From contig CAIOAT010000013.1 of assembly GCA_903856085.1 (NCBI GenBank), forward strand, positions 295,430 to 359,429: 64,000 nucleotides of DNA. The letters run 5' to 3'. The DNA is from Candidatus Omnitrophota bacterium (GTDB lineage: Bacteria > Omnitrophota > Omnitrophia > Omnitrophales > Aquincolibacteriaceae). The position numbers were made by a program, and so were the translations under genes. Positions 1 through 10,250 of this stretch are shown here, piece by piece. Positions within the stretch are counted from its first letter, which is position 1. Each line of letters starts with the position of its first letter. Under the pieces are notes generated by a model, which worked only from the letters and a program-made list of their open reading frames with translations, was not told the origin of the DNA and made no database searches.

Positions 1-383
1 TATCGACTATCGTACCAAGTCAGTCTGTCTTGATTAAAGACTATTCCCACGGAGGGCCTCCAGCCAGAACTGCAAATCTGATTTCTAAAATATAAATATT
101 CGTACCTAGAACCGACGCCATAAGTCTGTTGAATGACTTTATACGTCTTTCCTGTAAGAAAATGCAGCCGCTCTTTCAAGCTCTCCCCTCGAATACCTTC
201 CTTTAAAGCAGAGGAGCCTAAAAGAACTATGTCGGGCTTTTCCCGTTGAATCCTGTTCCGGAGCCTATAATCGATCCCTTGACCAGACGGATAAAAGACC
301 GCGGCAAAAAAGAAAACAACAGCAACCAACACGATCGCATTAAAAACAAGCAGCTTGTTAAAACTTGAACTATAAGAAATCAT
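1..383 (-). CDS. SGNH/DltD-AlgJ-like membrane-anchored protein, runs off the window edge; paralog of 880..1875
   Basis: Manual translation from ATG at 383: MISYSSSFNKLLVFNAIVLVAVVFFFAAVFYPSGQGIDYRLRNRIQREKPDIVLLGSS, colinear with the N-terminus of 880..1875; GGAG RBS upstream. Confidence 0.8.
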   Translation of the reverse strand, partial: MISYSSSFNKLLVFNAIVLVAVVFFFAAVFYPSGQGIDYRLRNRIQREKPDIVLLGSSALKEGIRGESLKERLHFLTGKTYKVIQQTYGVGSRYEYLYFRNQICSSGWRPSVGIVFNQDRLTWYDSR

Positions 384-879
384 AGGAATCAACTCCTCCT
401 GCGAAAATCATAAAACCTCGGTCTTTGGCGCCCAGGCTGGGAGGCAAAGAGATCGCTTAAAACAGAAATAGCACGACATCCCACCGGTAAAAGACTGCGA
501 TCACAGTGGTCGACCCGCACACGATCGGGTTTCCAGCATCACCTGATCTCAAAAGCCGGGGCAAGATATCTCCACCCCGCCCCCTCATTTTTTATGCTCT
601 CTTTTATTTCGTCTTTGATTCGCTCTTCGCCTTGCACCAAGTCCCCCTCGTCCGGCTACCGTTATGCTTCGTTTTTATGGACGGTACCATGCGTCCCCCA
701 AGCCATTGCCCTGCCGCCTATCTTGGACTCTCATGACTCGGAAAATCAACCCCTTCATACTTCCGTTTCTAATTCCAAGCTCGACCCTCCCCGAAGACTA
801 CAGCACCCTCCGGAATAAACCAACAAATCTCTCTTCTTTGTGCCCACCACCGAGTGATTCTCTCTTGGTCAAAAAAAGA

Positions 880-1875
880 TCATTTCACAATGCCTTTGGC
901 AACCAATTCTTGCGCCAGCAATTCGTGAAACCGCATAAAACTTTTCATATGCGCGGTATCGAGAAAAAGATCGGGGTTGTTCAGCTCCTCATTATCCCAA
1001 AAGGAAACGTACTTGATTCCATTATCCTCAAGATAATTCTCTAGTTGAGAATAATACCGTTGCTTCTGGTTGTATGAAAACCCTTGTTCAACCTGAGGAT
1101 ACGTGGGAAGCACTGCAACAAAAAGATCGATATTATATTTGTGTTTCAATACCACGATGCGCTGGAGAAGAGAGCCTCCCAGGTCTTTATCAAAACGATA
1201 GTTTGCAGCATAAGGCCCGCCATCGTAGAGATCGGCACCATCCTTAAAACTTCCTACGCGAAACTTCATGCTCAGCACATCCACACCATCAACCGAGGGA
1301 GCTATTTTTTCCAAGATCTCTTTTAAAAAAATATGCAGAAGATCTCTCGATATGTCCCCGGCACATCTCATAAGGAGAATACGCTCTGCCAAAATATCGT
1401 TTACTCCACGCTTGCTCATTAACCCCGGCTGAAAATCAGAAAGCCGCTCCCCTTTCCCAAGCTGTCTCCTGATTTTAGTGGTAATGGCTTTTCGGTTGTA
1501 AAAACGAGTCAGTTTGTCCCGAATTATGACCAAGCCCACGAGCGGTTTCCAGCTGGAATTGCAAACCTGATTCCTAAAGAATAAATAGAAGGGCGCAGAG
1601 CCTTGGTTCTCAACGTGACTGATAATACTGTACGTTTTTCCTTGAAGAGCGCTCAACTGCCTTTCCAGCGCGCCCTCACAAATAGCTGTCCCCAACACTG
1701 ATGTGCCTAAAAGAACGATGTCGGGCTTTTCCTCTTGGATCATGTCCCGGAGCGTATAATCGATTCCTTGACCGTCCGGTGGATAAAACACACCCACAAA
1801 AAAGAAAGACGCAGCGACCAAAATGACCGCACCAAGAATAAATAATCCGTTGAGAATTGAAATACGTGAAATCAT
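880..1875 (-). CDS. Membrane-anchored SGNH-hydrolase-like protein (DltD/AlgJ-like, possible polysaccharide O-acylation)
   Basis: N-terminal TM helix, IVLLGTS (block I Ser) and FLDTAH (DxxH) motifs. Confidence 0.6.
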   Translation of the reverse strand: MISRISILNGLFILGAVILVAASFFFVGVFYPPDGQGIDYTLRDMIQEEKPDIVLLGTSVLGTAICEGALERQLSALQGKTYSIISHVENQGSAPFYLFFRNQVCNSSWKPLVGLVIIRDKLTRFYNRKAITTKIRRQLGKGERLSDFQPGLMSKRGVNDILAERILLMRCAGDISRDLLHIFLKEILEKIAPSVDGVDVLSMKFRVGSFKDGADLYDGGPYAANYRFDKDLGGSLLQRIVVLKHKYNIDLFVAVLPTYPQVEQGFSYNQKQRYYSQLENYLEDNGIKYVSFWDNEELNNPDLFLDTAHMKSFMRFHELLAQELVAKGIVK

Positions 1876-1979
1876 AGGCGTTAACTCCTGCGAAGATCAT
1901 TAGCCATAGGCCCGCGAAAGCGTAAAATAAAATCTGGCTTCGCCGCATCGTCCGGGCAATTCAACGAATCTTTTTTTGC

Positions 1980-2225
1980 CTACCCACGGGGGTTATTGAG
2001 CTCCTGGTAATCCCAAAAAGAAATAAATTTGATCCCATTGCCCTCAAGGTAATTCCCCAGTCTAGAATAATGTCGCTTCTTCTGATCGTATGAACACCCT
2101 TCGTCAATCTGAGGATAAATGGGGAGCGCTACGGCGAAAAGATCGATGTTGTATTTATGTTTTAATGCTACGATGCGCGGAAGAAGTGATCTCTCCATCT
2201 GCTTGTCAAAATCATAGCTTCGCCG
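1980..2225 (-). pseudogene. Fragment of a third SGNH-like paralog (C-terminal part only)
   Basis: SLLPRIVALKHKYNIDLFAVALPIYPQ...FWDYQELNNP matches SLLQRIVVLKHKYNIDLFVAVLPTYPQ...FWDNEELNNP of 880..1875; lacks the N-terminus and the DxxH motif. Confidence 0.8.
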
Positions 2226-2231
2226 GCGGGA

Positions 2232-2507
2232 TTACGGAAGCTTAGGCTTTGCCGGCGGCTGCTTTGAGAAAGCTTGGAAGTGGACCCGCTTGACAACGTC
2301 CTTTTTACCATCCTTCTCCCGCTCAACCTGCTTCACGACAAACTGGCCGAGACCCGCAACTTTCACAACCCCGGTTGTTGTCTCCTTGATCTCCCAAGCG
2401 ATCTGCTTGAAGACTTCCCGCAAAAGCATGCACCCTCTTTCGTCATTAAGCTTTTCAAGTTTTGGCTCCACCTGCTTGGCGCAATGCACAAATTCTCTGA
2501 TATCCAT
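2232..2507 (-). CDS. HU/IHF-like small DNA-binding protein
   Basis: VKVAGLGQFVVK...KRVHFQA resembles the HU core; GGAGG RBS before ATG at 2507. Confidence 0.55.
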   Translation of the reverse strand: MDIREFVHCAKQVEPKLEKLNDERGCMLLREVFKQIAWEIKETTTGVVKVAGLGQFVVKQVEREKDGKKDVVKRVHFQAFSKQPPAKPKLP

Positions 2508-2520
2508 AACGACCTCCGTT

Positions 2521-5500
2521 TTATTGGTTAAAATGAGAATCAACGACCTTTGATTGCTGCGTTTTTCCAGCCTCAAACAAATTCTTATAGATTCCGGCTA
2601 ATTCTTCCGCCTGATCCGATGGCAGACGCAATCGCTTCCCTGTCTTGACGCCACGAAAGTTCAGGTAGAAATCTTTATTTTTGTTGATCTGACCGAACAC
2701 CTTCATTAAATCTTGATGATCGTCCACCGAGATAACATTGCCATCGATCCCCTCGTGGACATCCGCACCAATCGCTCCCCGGTCCGAGGCAATGACCCAA
2801 ACACCCGCCATTTTCGCCTCCCGCGTTACAAGTCCGTAGCTCTCCGGCCAGGTGGAGGGCGCGACTAATACATCGATCTCACTGTACACCCGGTTGATCT
2901 CTTCCTGCTTCACTCGCGGAATGATCCTCACCTGTGTTTTTCCCCACGTTTCGCGGAGCTCTTCGCCCAGCTCAAGGGCGTGATCGACCACGATGGCCTC
3001 AATACGCTCAAAAACCCCTTTTTTCAAGGCCTCCCGGAATAAAGAAAAACCCTTATGCGGAGGGATACCTCCGACATGGGCTACGCGCACCTTGCCGTGA
3101 GGGCTGGACACTTTGGGCAATATTTCAAAGGGTTCCACGCCATTTTCGTTCACAATAACATTGGTTAAACCCGACGCCCGATAAATTTTCGCGAATGTCT
3201 CAGAAACCGCCAAGACCGCCCGGGCCTGTCTTAAGCACCGTTTCAAAGAGTCCCGGCGATTCATTTCTTCCGGCTTTGCACGGGGGTTAAACGGGTCGAC
3301 CGTCTTGCCATCTTCATCGACTAGAAACTGATGGGACGAGAGCCACCACCCATCATGAACTGTCACTACATAGGGTATTCTCAACGCCTGCGCTCCATCC
3401 ACCACGGAAGCCGTTAAGATTTGAAGGCAATGGAAATGGATGAGATCAAAATTGTACTTCAAATAAAAATCCCGGCAAAAAGCCAACACTTTAGGATCCG
3501 AGTGCTCCTGCCACGGCTTGTCTGGAACATAAAGCTTTGTCACCAGGACATCTCCGAAAACATACTGCTCGACCTCATAGGGAGCCCTGAACCCGGAACA
3601 GTCCGCACAAAGAACATGTATTTCGTACTCACTTCCATATTTCTCCGCAAGATAACTGACCTGCGATTCTGCGATCCGGGTCGCTCCGCCTATCGATTGC
3701 GGAGCAAAGTAAGTATTCACCACCAAGATCCTCTTGCGTTGGTTGGGAGATACGGGGGGCAAATAATGCTGTAAGATCTCTGCCGCGCAAATTTCGCCGA
3801 TCTCTGCCCCATGGTCCGATAAAGCTCTTGCGCAAGCTCTGAACCCTATCCGTTCCCGCAGAGACGCATTGTCGATCAACTGCCCAAGGGCCTTCACCCA
3901 ATCCGCAATGGACGAGGCAAACAACGCTTCCCAGCCGTCGCCTAGAAGAGAACCATAGAGTTCGGTCGGCGTAAGAACAGAGGGAATCCCAAAAGCGGCC
4001 GCCTCCAACCATTTGATCTCACTCTTACAGTCCGTGAGAATGGTCTTTTCCAAGATGGCAACATTAATATCCGCCCTTTTCAGATGCTCCAAATATTCGC
4101 CGTAATCATCCATGAATGGAACCATCAAAATACGATCGGAAAAACGTTCCAAGATTTTCGGGAGCTTAAAATGACCGATCATCTGAACCTCAACCTGTTC
4201 ATATTTCTCCAGGATCATCGCAAAGGCAGGAACGAGGATATCGTAAAAGGCTTCCTTATGCGCCTTGGTTCCGCTTCCATAGAAAATCCTGAGTCGTCCA
4301 TCCTTGCGAAATGGTTTTTCCTGAAAATCGGCGAAAGACAATTTCCCGTCCGTTTTAACGCCTAGCGAAGCCAGCTCCTCCCCGATAAGATTGGGATAGA
4401 CCCAAACAGGTGTCTTTTCGGCAACGCATTGCTGTACCTGTCTGGCCAGCGGAGCTGTGGAAACAATAATGCCGTCACAACATAAAAGCACCGCCCGGAA
4501 AAGAGGAACGTCGAGCATCAAGTGAACATGGGTTCTTTGATCTATTAACTCCGCATACGATGTGAGGGGCGCTGGAAAGTGGGCCCCGTCAAAGATCAGG
4601 TCATCGATATCGTAGAGAACGGGGATCCCCAACCCCTTGGCGTAATAAATAAACCGCAGGACTTCAAATGTGGCTGGCAATCGACACACGACCACTAAAT
4701 CCACGTCGATGAGCCTCGATTGCCATTGTAAACCGCCGAGTTCGGCTTGCTCCAGATAGTCCGTCTTGAGGCCGAGTTTTTTAAAATGTTCTGCCTTCTG
4801 CTTGGCCCGATAGTAGTAGCTCTGCGGGATATAAGGCGTACCTACGATAAGAATCTTGCCAAATCGAGGTCTCATGGGTGTTACGCCGCCCCTTTGCCCT
4901 AGATTCTTTTGAAACAATTCGTTTTTCAATTGGACTAGACGGCTGAGCAAGTCCAACATTTTTCCGCGCAAAATTTGAGCCGCAACCGGATTCTCCAACA
5001 ACCCCAAGGCTGCCGTTTTGTGAATAATGATATTTGAAAAACGGGACAAGATCACATCGATCAACTGAACGGCATAACCTGATGTGGGATCGAATTCATA
5101 GGCCGCCATCACCCAACGAAGAACATAATCCATCGCGTATGCCAGAGTGGAAAGTTCTGTCTCTGCAGCCTCAAAGGCAATGCTCGCCGCCAACATATAC
5201 AATTTAGGATCCGGCAACAATTTTGCGACAGGTTTTCCGCGGACGATCATATCTTTATAGCGCTTGTCCAACTTGCCGCGCATTTGAATGATCGCTCTCA
5301 TAAGGGACGAGTCCGCCGAGAATGACAATTCGTGGGATTTGCTCTGGGGCGCTACATTTCGAGAACGCTTTTTGATCTTCCGCAGATACATGTGAACTTG
5401 ATCCCGGGAAGGATCCTTATGGATAACGACGATTTCCCACGGAGAAGACTTGGGTCGAACAAGCAGGATCAACCCGCCTCCGTGAATTCCATTGGCGGCC

Positions 5501-5757
5501 ATAATATTGACTGTGGTCATTCCCGGAATCGACCCGGCACAAACCCGGCCCTCTTTCTTGCCGAATACAAGCCAATGCCTGATGGCTTTTCCTTTTGTGT
5601 TGATTCCGTTCTGCTCTAAATCCGGGTACATCCGGATGTATTGCTTCCATTGAAAATTGGGATAAAGAAAAAATTGCGCGCCATAAGATCCCAGCATGGC
5701 CAGCCGCGCACTCAGAAAACCTGCTATTTTGTGCCTCACCGATACTCCCCGGCTCAT
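2521..5757 (-). CDS. Multidomain glycosyltransferase with two GT4 (GT-B) domains
   Basis: LYDIDD, KSEIKWLEAAAFG, and second domain IHFH, TVHDGW, PSTWPESYGLVTREA. Confidence 0.85.
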   Translation of the reverse strand: MSRGVSVRHKIAGFLSARLAMLGSYGAQFFLYPNFQWKQYIRMYPDLEQNGINTKGKAIRHWLVFGKKEGRVCAGSIPGMTTVNIMAANGIHGGGLILLVRPKSSPWEIVVIHKDPSRDQVHMYLRKIKKRSRNVAPQSKSHELSFSADSSLMRAIIQMRGKLDKRYKDMIVRGKPVAKLLPDPKLYMLAASIAFEAAETELSTLAYAMDYVLRWVMAAYEFDPTSGYAVQLIDVILSRFSNIIIHKTAALGLLENPVAAQILRGKMLDLLSRLVQLKNELFQKNLGQRGGVTPMRPRFGKILIVGTPYIPQSYYYRAKQKAEHFKKLGLKTDYLEQAELGGLQWQSRLIDVDLVVVCRLPATFEVLRFIYYAKGLGIPVLYDIDDLIFDGAHFPAPLTSYAELIDQRTHVHLMLDVPLFRAVLLCCDGIIVSTAPLARQVQQCVAEKTPVWVYPNLIGEELASLGVKTDGKLSFADFQEKPFRKDGRLRIFYGSGTKAHKEAFYDILVPAFAMILEKYEQVEVQMIGHFKLPKILERFSDRILMVPFMDDYGEYLEHLKRADINVAILEKTILTDCKSEIKWLEAAAFGIPSVLTPTELYGSLLGDGWEALFASSIADWVKALGQLIDNASLRERIGFRACARALSDHGAEIGEICAAEILQHYLPPVSPNQRKRILVVNTYFAPQSIGGATRIAESQVSYLAEKYGSEYEIHVLCADCSGFRAPYEVEQYVFGDVLVTKLYVPDKPWQEHSDPKVLAFCRDFYLKYNFDLIHFHCLQILTASVVDGAQALRIPYVVTVHDGWWLSSHQFLVDEDGKTVDPFNPRAKPEEMNRRDSLKRCLRQARAVLAVSETFAKIYRASGLTNVIVNENGVEPFEILPKVSSPHGKVRVAHVGGIPPHKGFSLFREALKKGVFERIEAIVVDHALELGEELRETWGKTQVRIIPRVKQEEINRVYSEIDVLVAPSTWPESYGLVTREAKMAGVWVIASDRGAIGADVHEGIDGNVISVDDHQDLMKVFGQINKNKDFYLNFRGVKTGKRLRLPSDQAEELAGIYKNLFEAGKTQQSKVVDSHFNQ

Positions 5758-6019
5758 CGTAACGATTAGCTAAAGTTAGTTGAAATGCTCTGAAGAATCC
5801 TGGGACCTCCCCTCGAACAGGGCTGTACAACAGCCTCAAGGAAAAGAACCCATGGCCGCAAATAATGTAACAAGGAAACACGGAAAATCAAAGGTAAAGA
5901 TCGACGAGAAAACTAAAAACAGCGCTGCAATAAATCGCAGAAAGCTACCGAGAAGATTTTGAAAAGCCGGGTCGATTTCTGACGACGGAACTTCTCGTGC
6001 CATGCGCGGCAAGAAATGC

Positions 6020-8071
6020 TTACTTGATGAAAAAAACAGGCTGTTGTGCATAACGCGGCGGCCAGGCCAGACTGAAATCCGCATCATCAAGCGTAAGGTT
6101 GGGACTGTAGGCCGGATCATTCACCAGCCGATCCCCCCAGCGTTTTTTCATATATTGAATTTCGCGGGCAAAACGCGCCATTTTTTTCTGAGTATCCTCA
6201 AACCCTCGCGTCGCTGACTCGCGATGCCAAAGCTCTGCGTAAGGCGTCCAAAGATTGCGATATCCGTCCTCGCGGACCCGGAGACAGAAATCGACATCAT
6301 TAAAGGCGATGGGGAGATCCTTCTCATTAAGTCCGCCCACGTCTTCATATATGGATTTTTTGATGACAAGACACGCTCCCGTCACGGCTGAAAAGGATTG
6401 TAGCAGCTCCGCGCGCGCAAAATATCCGGGCAAACCCCGGCCCAATCCCTTATGCGAATGCTCGGCACACCCCTTAAGCCCCGTGATAACACCTCCGTGT
6501 TGCAATGTCCTGTCGGGATACCACAATCTCGCGCCGACCGCTCCCACTCCAGGTTGGATCGCCAAACTGACCAACTCCGACAACCAATCCTCAGAAATCA
6601 CTTCTATATCGTCGTTGATAAGACCGATCAGTTCACCTTGGACCGCTTTGACCGCCGCATTATTCAAAGCTGCGAAATTGAACGGGCGATTATCCCGGAG
6701 CACCCGTACGTTGGATTTGGATGCGATTTCCTTTAAATAGTGAAGTGTCTGCGGATCATCGGATCCGTTATCGATGATCAGAATTTCATAACAAGGATAG
6801 GTGGTCTTCTGGAAGATGCTTTTCACACACTCGCGGATCAAGGGGAATCCGTTTCTTGTGGGAATGATGAGACTGACCTTCGGTGGAATTTCAGGCAACG
6901 CATAACGTACTCGATAACCGTGGGGCACCGGCTCCGCTGTCGCCCGGATTCCCTGCCGCTTGAAATACTCATTCAGAACCCTTTCTCCGGCGTGAAGAGC
7001 GTAGGGTTTAGTGCCCAGATGCGACGCTGTGCTCGAATCGTGCATCCTCCAATGGAAGAGAACCCGGGGGATGTGCTGGATCTTCTTGGCGCCGATGACT
7101 TCTAGACACCTCAGAGCCAGATCATAATCCTGGGCTCCTTCCACGCCTAAACGAAAGCCCCCGACCTCTCGAAGAAGTCGCGTTTTATAAACACCCAGAT
7201 GATTGGTTATATTGTGAGACAGAAAAAGATCATAGTTCCAGTCGCACTTAAAATAGGGTTTTACTCTTTTCCCCTCTTTGTCGATCTTGTCCTCATCCGA
7301 ATAGATCAAGCAGGTTTCAGGATGACGATGGATGGTTTCAGCCACCCAGAACAAAGCGTGTTCCGACAGCAGGTCATCGTGATCGAGTAAGGCAACCCAA
7401 TCTCCCGTGGCAAGCTCCAAAGCACTGTTCGAGGCTGCCGAGATATGCCCATTCTGCTCGCGGAACACTACTTTGATGCGGCCGTCTTCCCTCGTATATT
7501 GTTCCAAAAGAGTCCGGATCGTTGGATCCGTAGAAGCATCGTCTGCAATGCAAAGCTCCCAATGGGGATAGATCTGATTCCGAACGGATTCAATAGCTTC
7601 CTTCAGCCAAACGGGATTCGTATTGTAGACCGGCATCACAACAGAGATAACCGGTCGGGACGGAAAGACCTTGATCTGCTGACGCAGGCTGGCGCGCGCC
7701 TCATCGGTAAGCGTATCGTAGCGACGAATCCACTCCGGGTAATCGTTTAACAAAGAAGCGACCCCAGGCCGCCGTCCTTCGGCTTTCCCATGCCGGGCAT
7801 AATGCTCATAGGGATCCATACCGCTCGCTAAGACATCCGGATTTTCCTTGAGGTAGAACTCGGCATCAAAGGGCGGCCGGTCGATAAGAAACTCCATCCG
7901 ATAATAAAAAGATGGGTAGTGCCTATAAAAAAAATCAGCGACCTTCTGCCGCTGTGCCTGTCTCAGAGGAATCATTCGATAAGCCGCCCAAAGGAACAAC
8001 AAAAACCATTTGAGGAACTTTCTCGCGAATGTTACCAAAACTCCCGCCACGGCCTTGATCCCAGGTTCCAT
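6020..8071 (-). CDS. Tandem GT2 glycosyltransferase (O-antigen/S-layer glycan type)
   Basis: ISVVMPVYNT, IADDAS, LLDHDD, YSDEDK, QDYDL; second domain SLIIPTRN, NDDIE, AVTGACL, FNDVDFCL. Confidence 0.92.
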   Translation of the reverse strand: MEPGIKAVAGVLVTFARKFLKWFLLFLWAAYRMIPLRQAQRQKVADFFYRHYPSFYYRMEFLIDRPPFDAEFYLKENPDVLASGMDPYEHYARHGKAEGRRPGVASLLNDYPEWIRRYDTLTDEARASLRQQIKVFPSRPVISVVMPVYNTNPVWLKEAIESVRNQIYPHWELCIADDASTDPTIRTLLEQYTREDGRIKVVFREQNGHISAASNSALELATGDWVALLDHDDLLSEHALFWVAETIHRHPETCLIYSDEDKIDKEGKRVKPYFKCDWNYDLFLSHNITNHLGVYKTRLLREVGGFRLGVEGAQDYDLALRCLEVIGAKKIQHIPRVLFHWRMHDSSTASHLGTKPYALHAGERVLNEYFKRQGIRATAEPVPHGYRVRYALPEIPPKVSLIIPTRNGFPLIRECVKSIFQKTTYPCYEILIIDNGSDDPQTLHYLKEIASKSNVRVLRDNRPFNFAALNNAAVKAVQGELIGLINDDIEVISEDWLSELVSLAIQPGVGAVGARLWYPDRTLQHGGVITGLKGCAEHSHKGLGRGLPGYFARAELLQSFSAVTGACLVIKKSIYEDVGGLNEKDLPIAFNDVDFCLRVREDGYRNLWTPYAELWHRESATRGFEDTQKKMARFAREIQYMKKRWGDRLVNDPAYSPNLTLDDADFSLAWPPRYAQQPVFFIK

Positions 8072-8134
8072 CTCCGAGAGACCTCTCTTTCCCGGCGGAG
8101 AAATCCGCGGGGATTGTCGCTGTTTGGGTCGACT

Positions 8135-9874
8135 TCAGTTATTCTGAATGCAGGTCTGGTTCTTGCCGGAGGATTTTGCCTTGAGCAGGGCTTCCTGGGC
8201 GCGCTCAACAACCTTTTTGGGATCCTTTTCATCACGACTAAGCACCGACACCCCGACGCTGGCCGTAACTTTGAAAGAGGATCCTCCGGGGGCATGAAAT
8301 TCGAGACGCTCCGTCGCTTTACGGATTCTCTCCGCCACCCCGAAGGCCGCGTTCGCCAGGTTGTAACCCACGAGCAGGACAATGAATTCTTCTTCCCCGT
8401 AGCGACCTGCGATATCCGGCATCGCGCGGCCTTTGGTGCGGATCGCATATTGGATGATCTCCGCAACTTTTTTGAGAACCTCGTCACCGGTTCTATAGCC
8501 GTAGGCTTCATTAATCTTGCGAAAATCATCAATATCCAGAAGGATCACAGCAAAAGGTTTCCGGAAGGTGCGGGAATAGGAAAGCGCCTGCGACAGAAAG
8601 GTATTCACATAGCGCATGACAAAAAGCCCAGTCAGCTCATCGCGCACCGCCAGACTCAGATAATAAATCCGTTCCTTGTATTCCTGGACCTTGGCGACCG
8701 CAAAGGAAATCAGGGAATAAAAGAAAATCAGAAAAAGCGGCGATGCGATTCCGATCAGGACTCCTCCCCGTAAGAAAAGCGCGAACGAGATTGCGATCCA
8801 AATACCCGCCAGCAGGATCACGCGCAAAATCGAAAACACGCTCCGGAAAGCGATCAGGATAAACCCGGTTAAAAGCGCGAGCAAAAAAAGAAGCGCAGAA
8901 AAAATCTTGGGCGAAAGAACGTGAAGGTACTGCCGGGTCAAAAGGGTGTTGATAATATTCCCGAGCGCCCCAATGCTCGGGCTCGCTGCCTCAAGCGGCG
9001 TCATCTTGAAATCGGAAACGGTCATGCCGATAAGACAGATCTTTCCTTTAAAATCCCTGGCGGTGATCGGCGCCTTTTTGCCCTTGGAGACCAGAGCGTA
9101 ACTGTTCAGTACATCCACGAACGGATAATAACCGGAGGAATCGTTCCAGCGCTTGGCCCAATGAATGAGAAGATTGTTCTGGTCGTCGCGCGGAAAATCG
9201 CACCGCTCCATCGTCGGCACGGGTTTCCCGAGGAAATCGTACGCGACCCGGATCCCGAGATGCGGTACGAGCTCTTTGTTGAACTTCACGAAGGGATACA
9301 CGCGCCGGATCACGTTGTCAGGGTCCTGGTTGTAATTGATATGCCCAATCCCCCGAGCGGCCGCGCTATAAACCTGCGCCGATTGGTTGATGTAATAATA
9401 GTTCCTGAATCCCTCCGAATCGAAAGAGATCGGCAGATAAAAATTGGGCGTTTTCTTAAATTCCTCAAGAAGCGCCTGATCATCCTCAGGCGTATCCTTC
9501 TCCTCAGAAAAGAAAAGATTGAACACGATGGCCTTCGCGCCCCATTCCCGCAAAATACGCGTCATCGCCGCGTAGTAGCGCTTGGGCCAGGGAAAAGGCC
9601 GTATGGCCTGCAGGCTGCTCCTGTCGATCCCGATGTAGACGACCGCCGGATCAACCATGGGGGCGGGTTGATATTTGAGGAACTGATCGTAAACGTGATC
9701 ATCGAAAGACCGGAAGGTCTGGGTCCCTGAAAAACTGAGCGAGAGAACGAATACCAGGATAAATCCAAGGATCTGGATTATGCGAAGAGGCGTAAAAAAA
9801 AGAACTACCTGCCTCAGGGGTTCGGTCGAGTATCCCTGGCGTTTTTGAACAAGTCCTGTGGGCTCTTTTTCCAT
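8135..9874 (-). CDS. CHASE2 + GGDEF domain membrane protein (degenerate GEEEF site)
   Basis: IGID...PFPWPK, DPDNVIRR CHASE2 motifs; three TM helices; DELTGL, DIDDFRKIN, RYGEEEF, TASVGV. Confidence 0.85.
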   Translation of the reverse strand: MEKEPTGLVQKRQGYSTEPLRQVVLFFTPLRIIQILGFILVFVLSLSFSGTQTFRSFDDHVYDQFLKYQPAPMVDPAVVYIGIDRSSLQAIRPFPWPKRYYAAMTRILREWGAKAIVFNLFFSEEKDTPEDDQALLEEFKKTPNFYLPISFDSEGFRNYYYINQSAQVYSAAARGIGHINYNQDPDNVIRRVYPFVKFNKELVPHLGIRVAYDFLGKPVPTMERCDFPRDDQNNLLIHWAKRWNDSSGYYPFVDVLNSYALVSKGKKAPITARDFKGKICLIGMTVSDFKMTPLEAASPSIGALGNIINTLLTRQYLHVLSPKIFSALLFLLALLTGFILIAFRSVFSILRVILLAGIWIAISFALFLRGGVLIGIASPLFLIFFYSLISFAVAKVQEYKERIYYLSLAVRDELTGLFVMRYVNTFLSQALSYSRTFRKPFAVILLDIDDFRKINEAYGYRTGDEVLKKVAEIIQYAIRTKGRAMPDIAGRYGEEEFIVLLVGYNLANAAFGVAERIRKATERLEFHAPGGSSFKVTASVGVSVLSRDEKDPKKVVERAQEALLKAKSSGKNQTCIQNN

Positions 9875-10250
9875 GGTTCCCTCGTCATTATTAAATGGGG
9901 TTTAAAGGAATTCGAACTATGTAACGGCCAGAACTCTCCTTCTATTAAACAATAAACGTGTAGTTGTGACCGTCCAAACTTTTATTTCTTTTTCAAAATG
10001 GCTGTTGGGAAGGCCCGATTTTCAACCTGCGTTGAAATTGACAAGTATTAAGACCGCCCCAATCTCCGCCTTACTTCGATTGAAAAGCATTGGGACGGCC
10101 ATACTGAGCTAAAACCTACTTTCTTCCAAGAAAATTTTTTCGAAAAAATCCCTGCATCTTGGGGGAAGCTACAGTATAATCTCGCTCTACATAAAAGGCG
10201 CGATCATGGCGCCCGCGTTCTCAGCGGACCTTTAAAGATTGAGGAGAATT

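Noticed and set aside
384-879. Possible ncRNA or small ORFs in the gap between the SGNH paralogs
   Set aside because: Only weak hairpins and no recognisable RNA family or coding signal
5780-6019. Short hydrophobic ORF between the glycosyltransferases
   Set aside because: No motif or convincing start; cannot be supported as a gene
7919-9730. Plus-strand ORFs of 284 and 269 aa
   Set aside because: Antisense shadows of the GT2 and CHASE2-GGDEF genes
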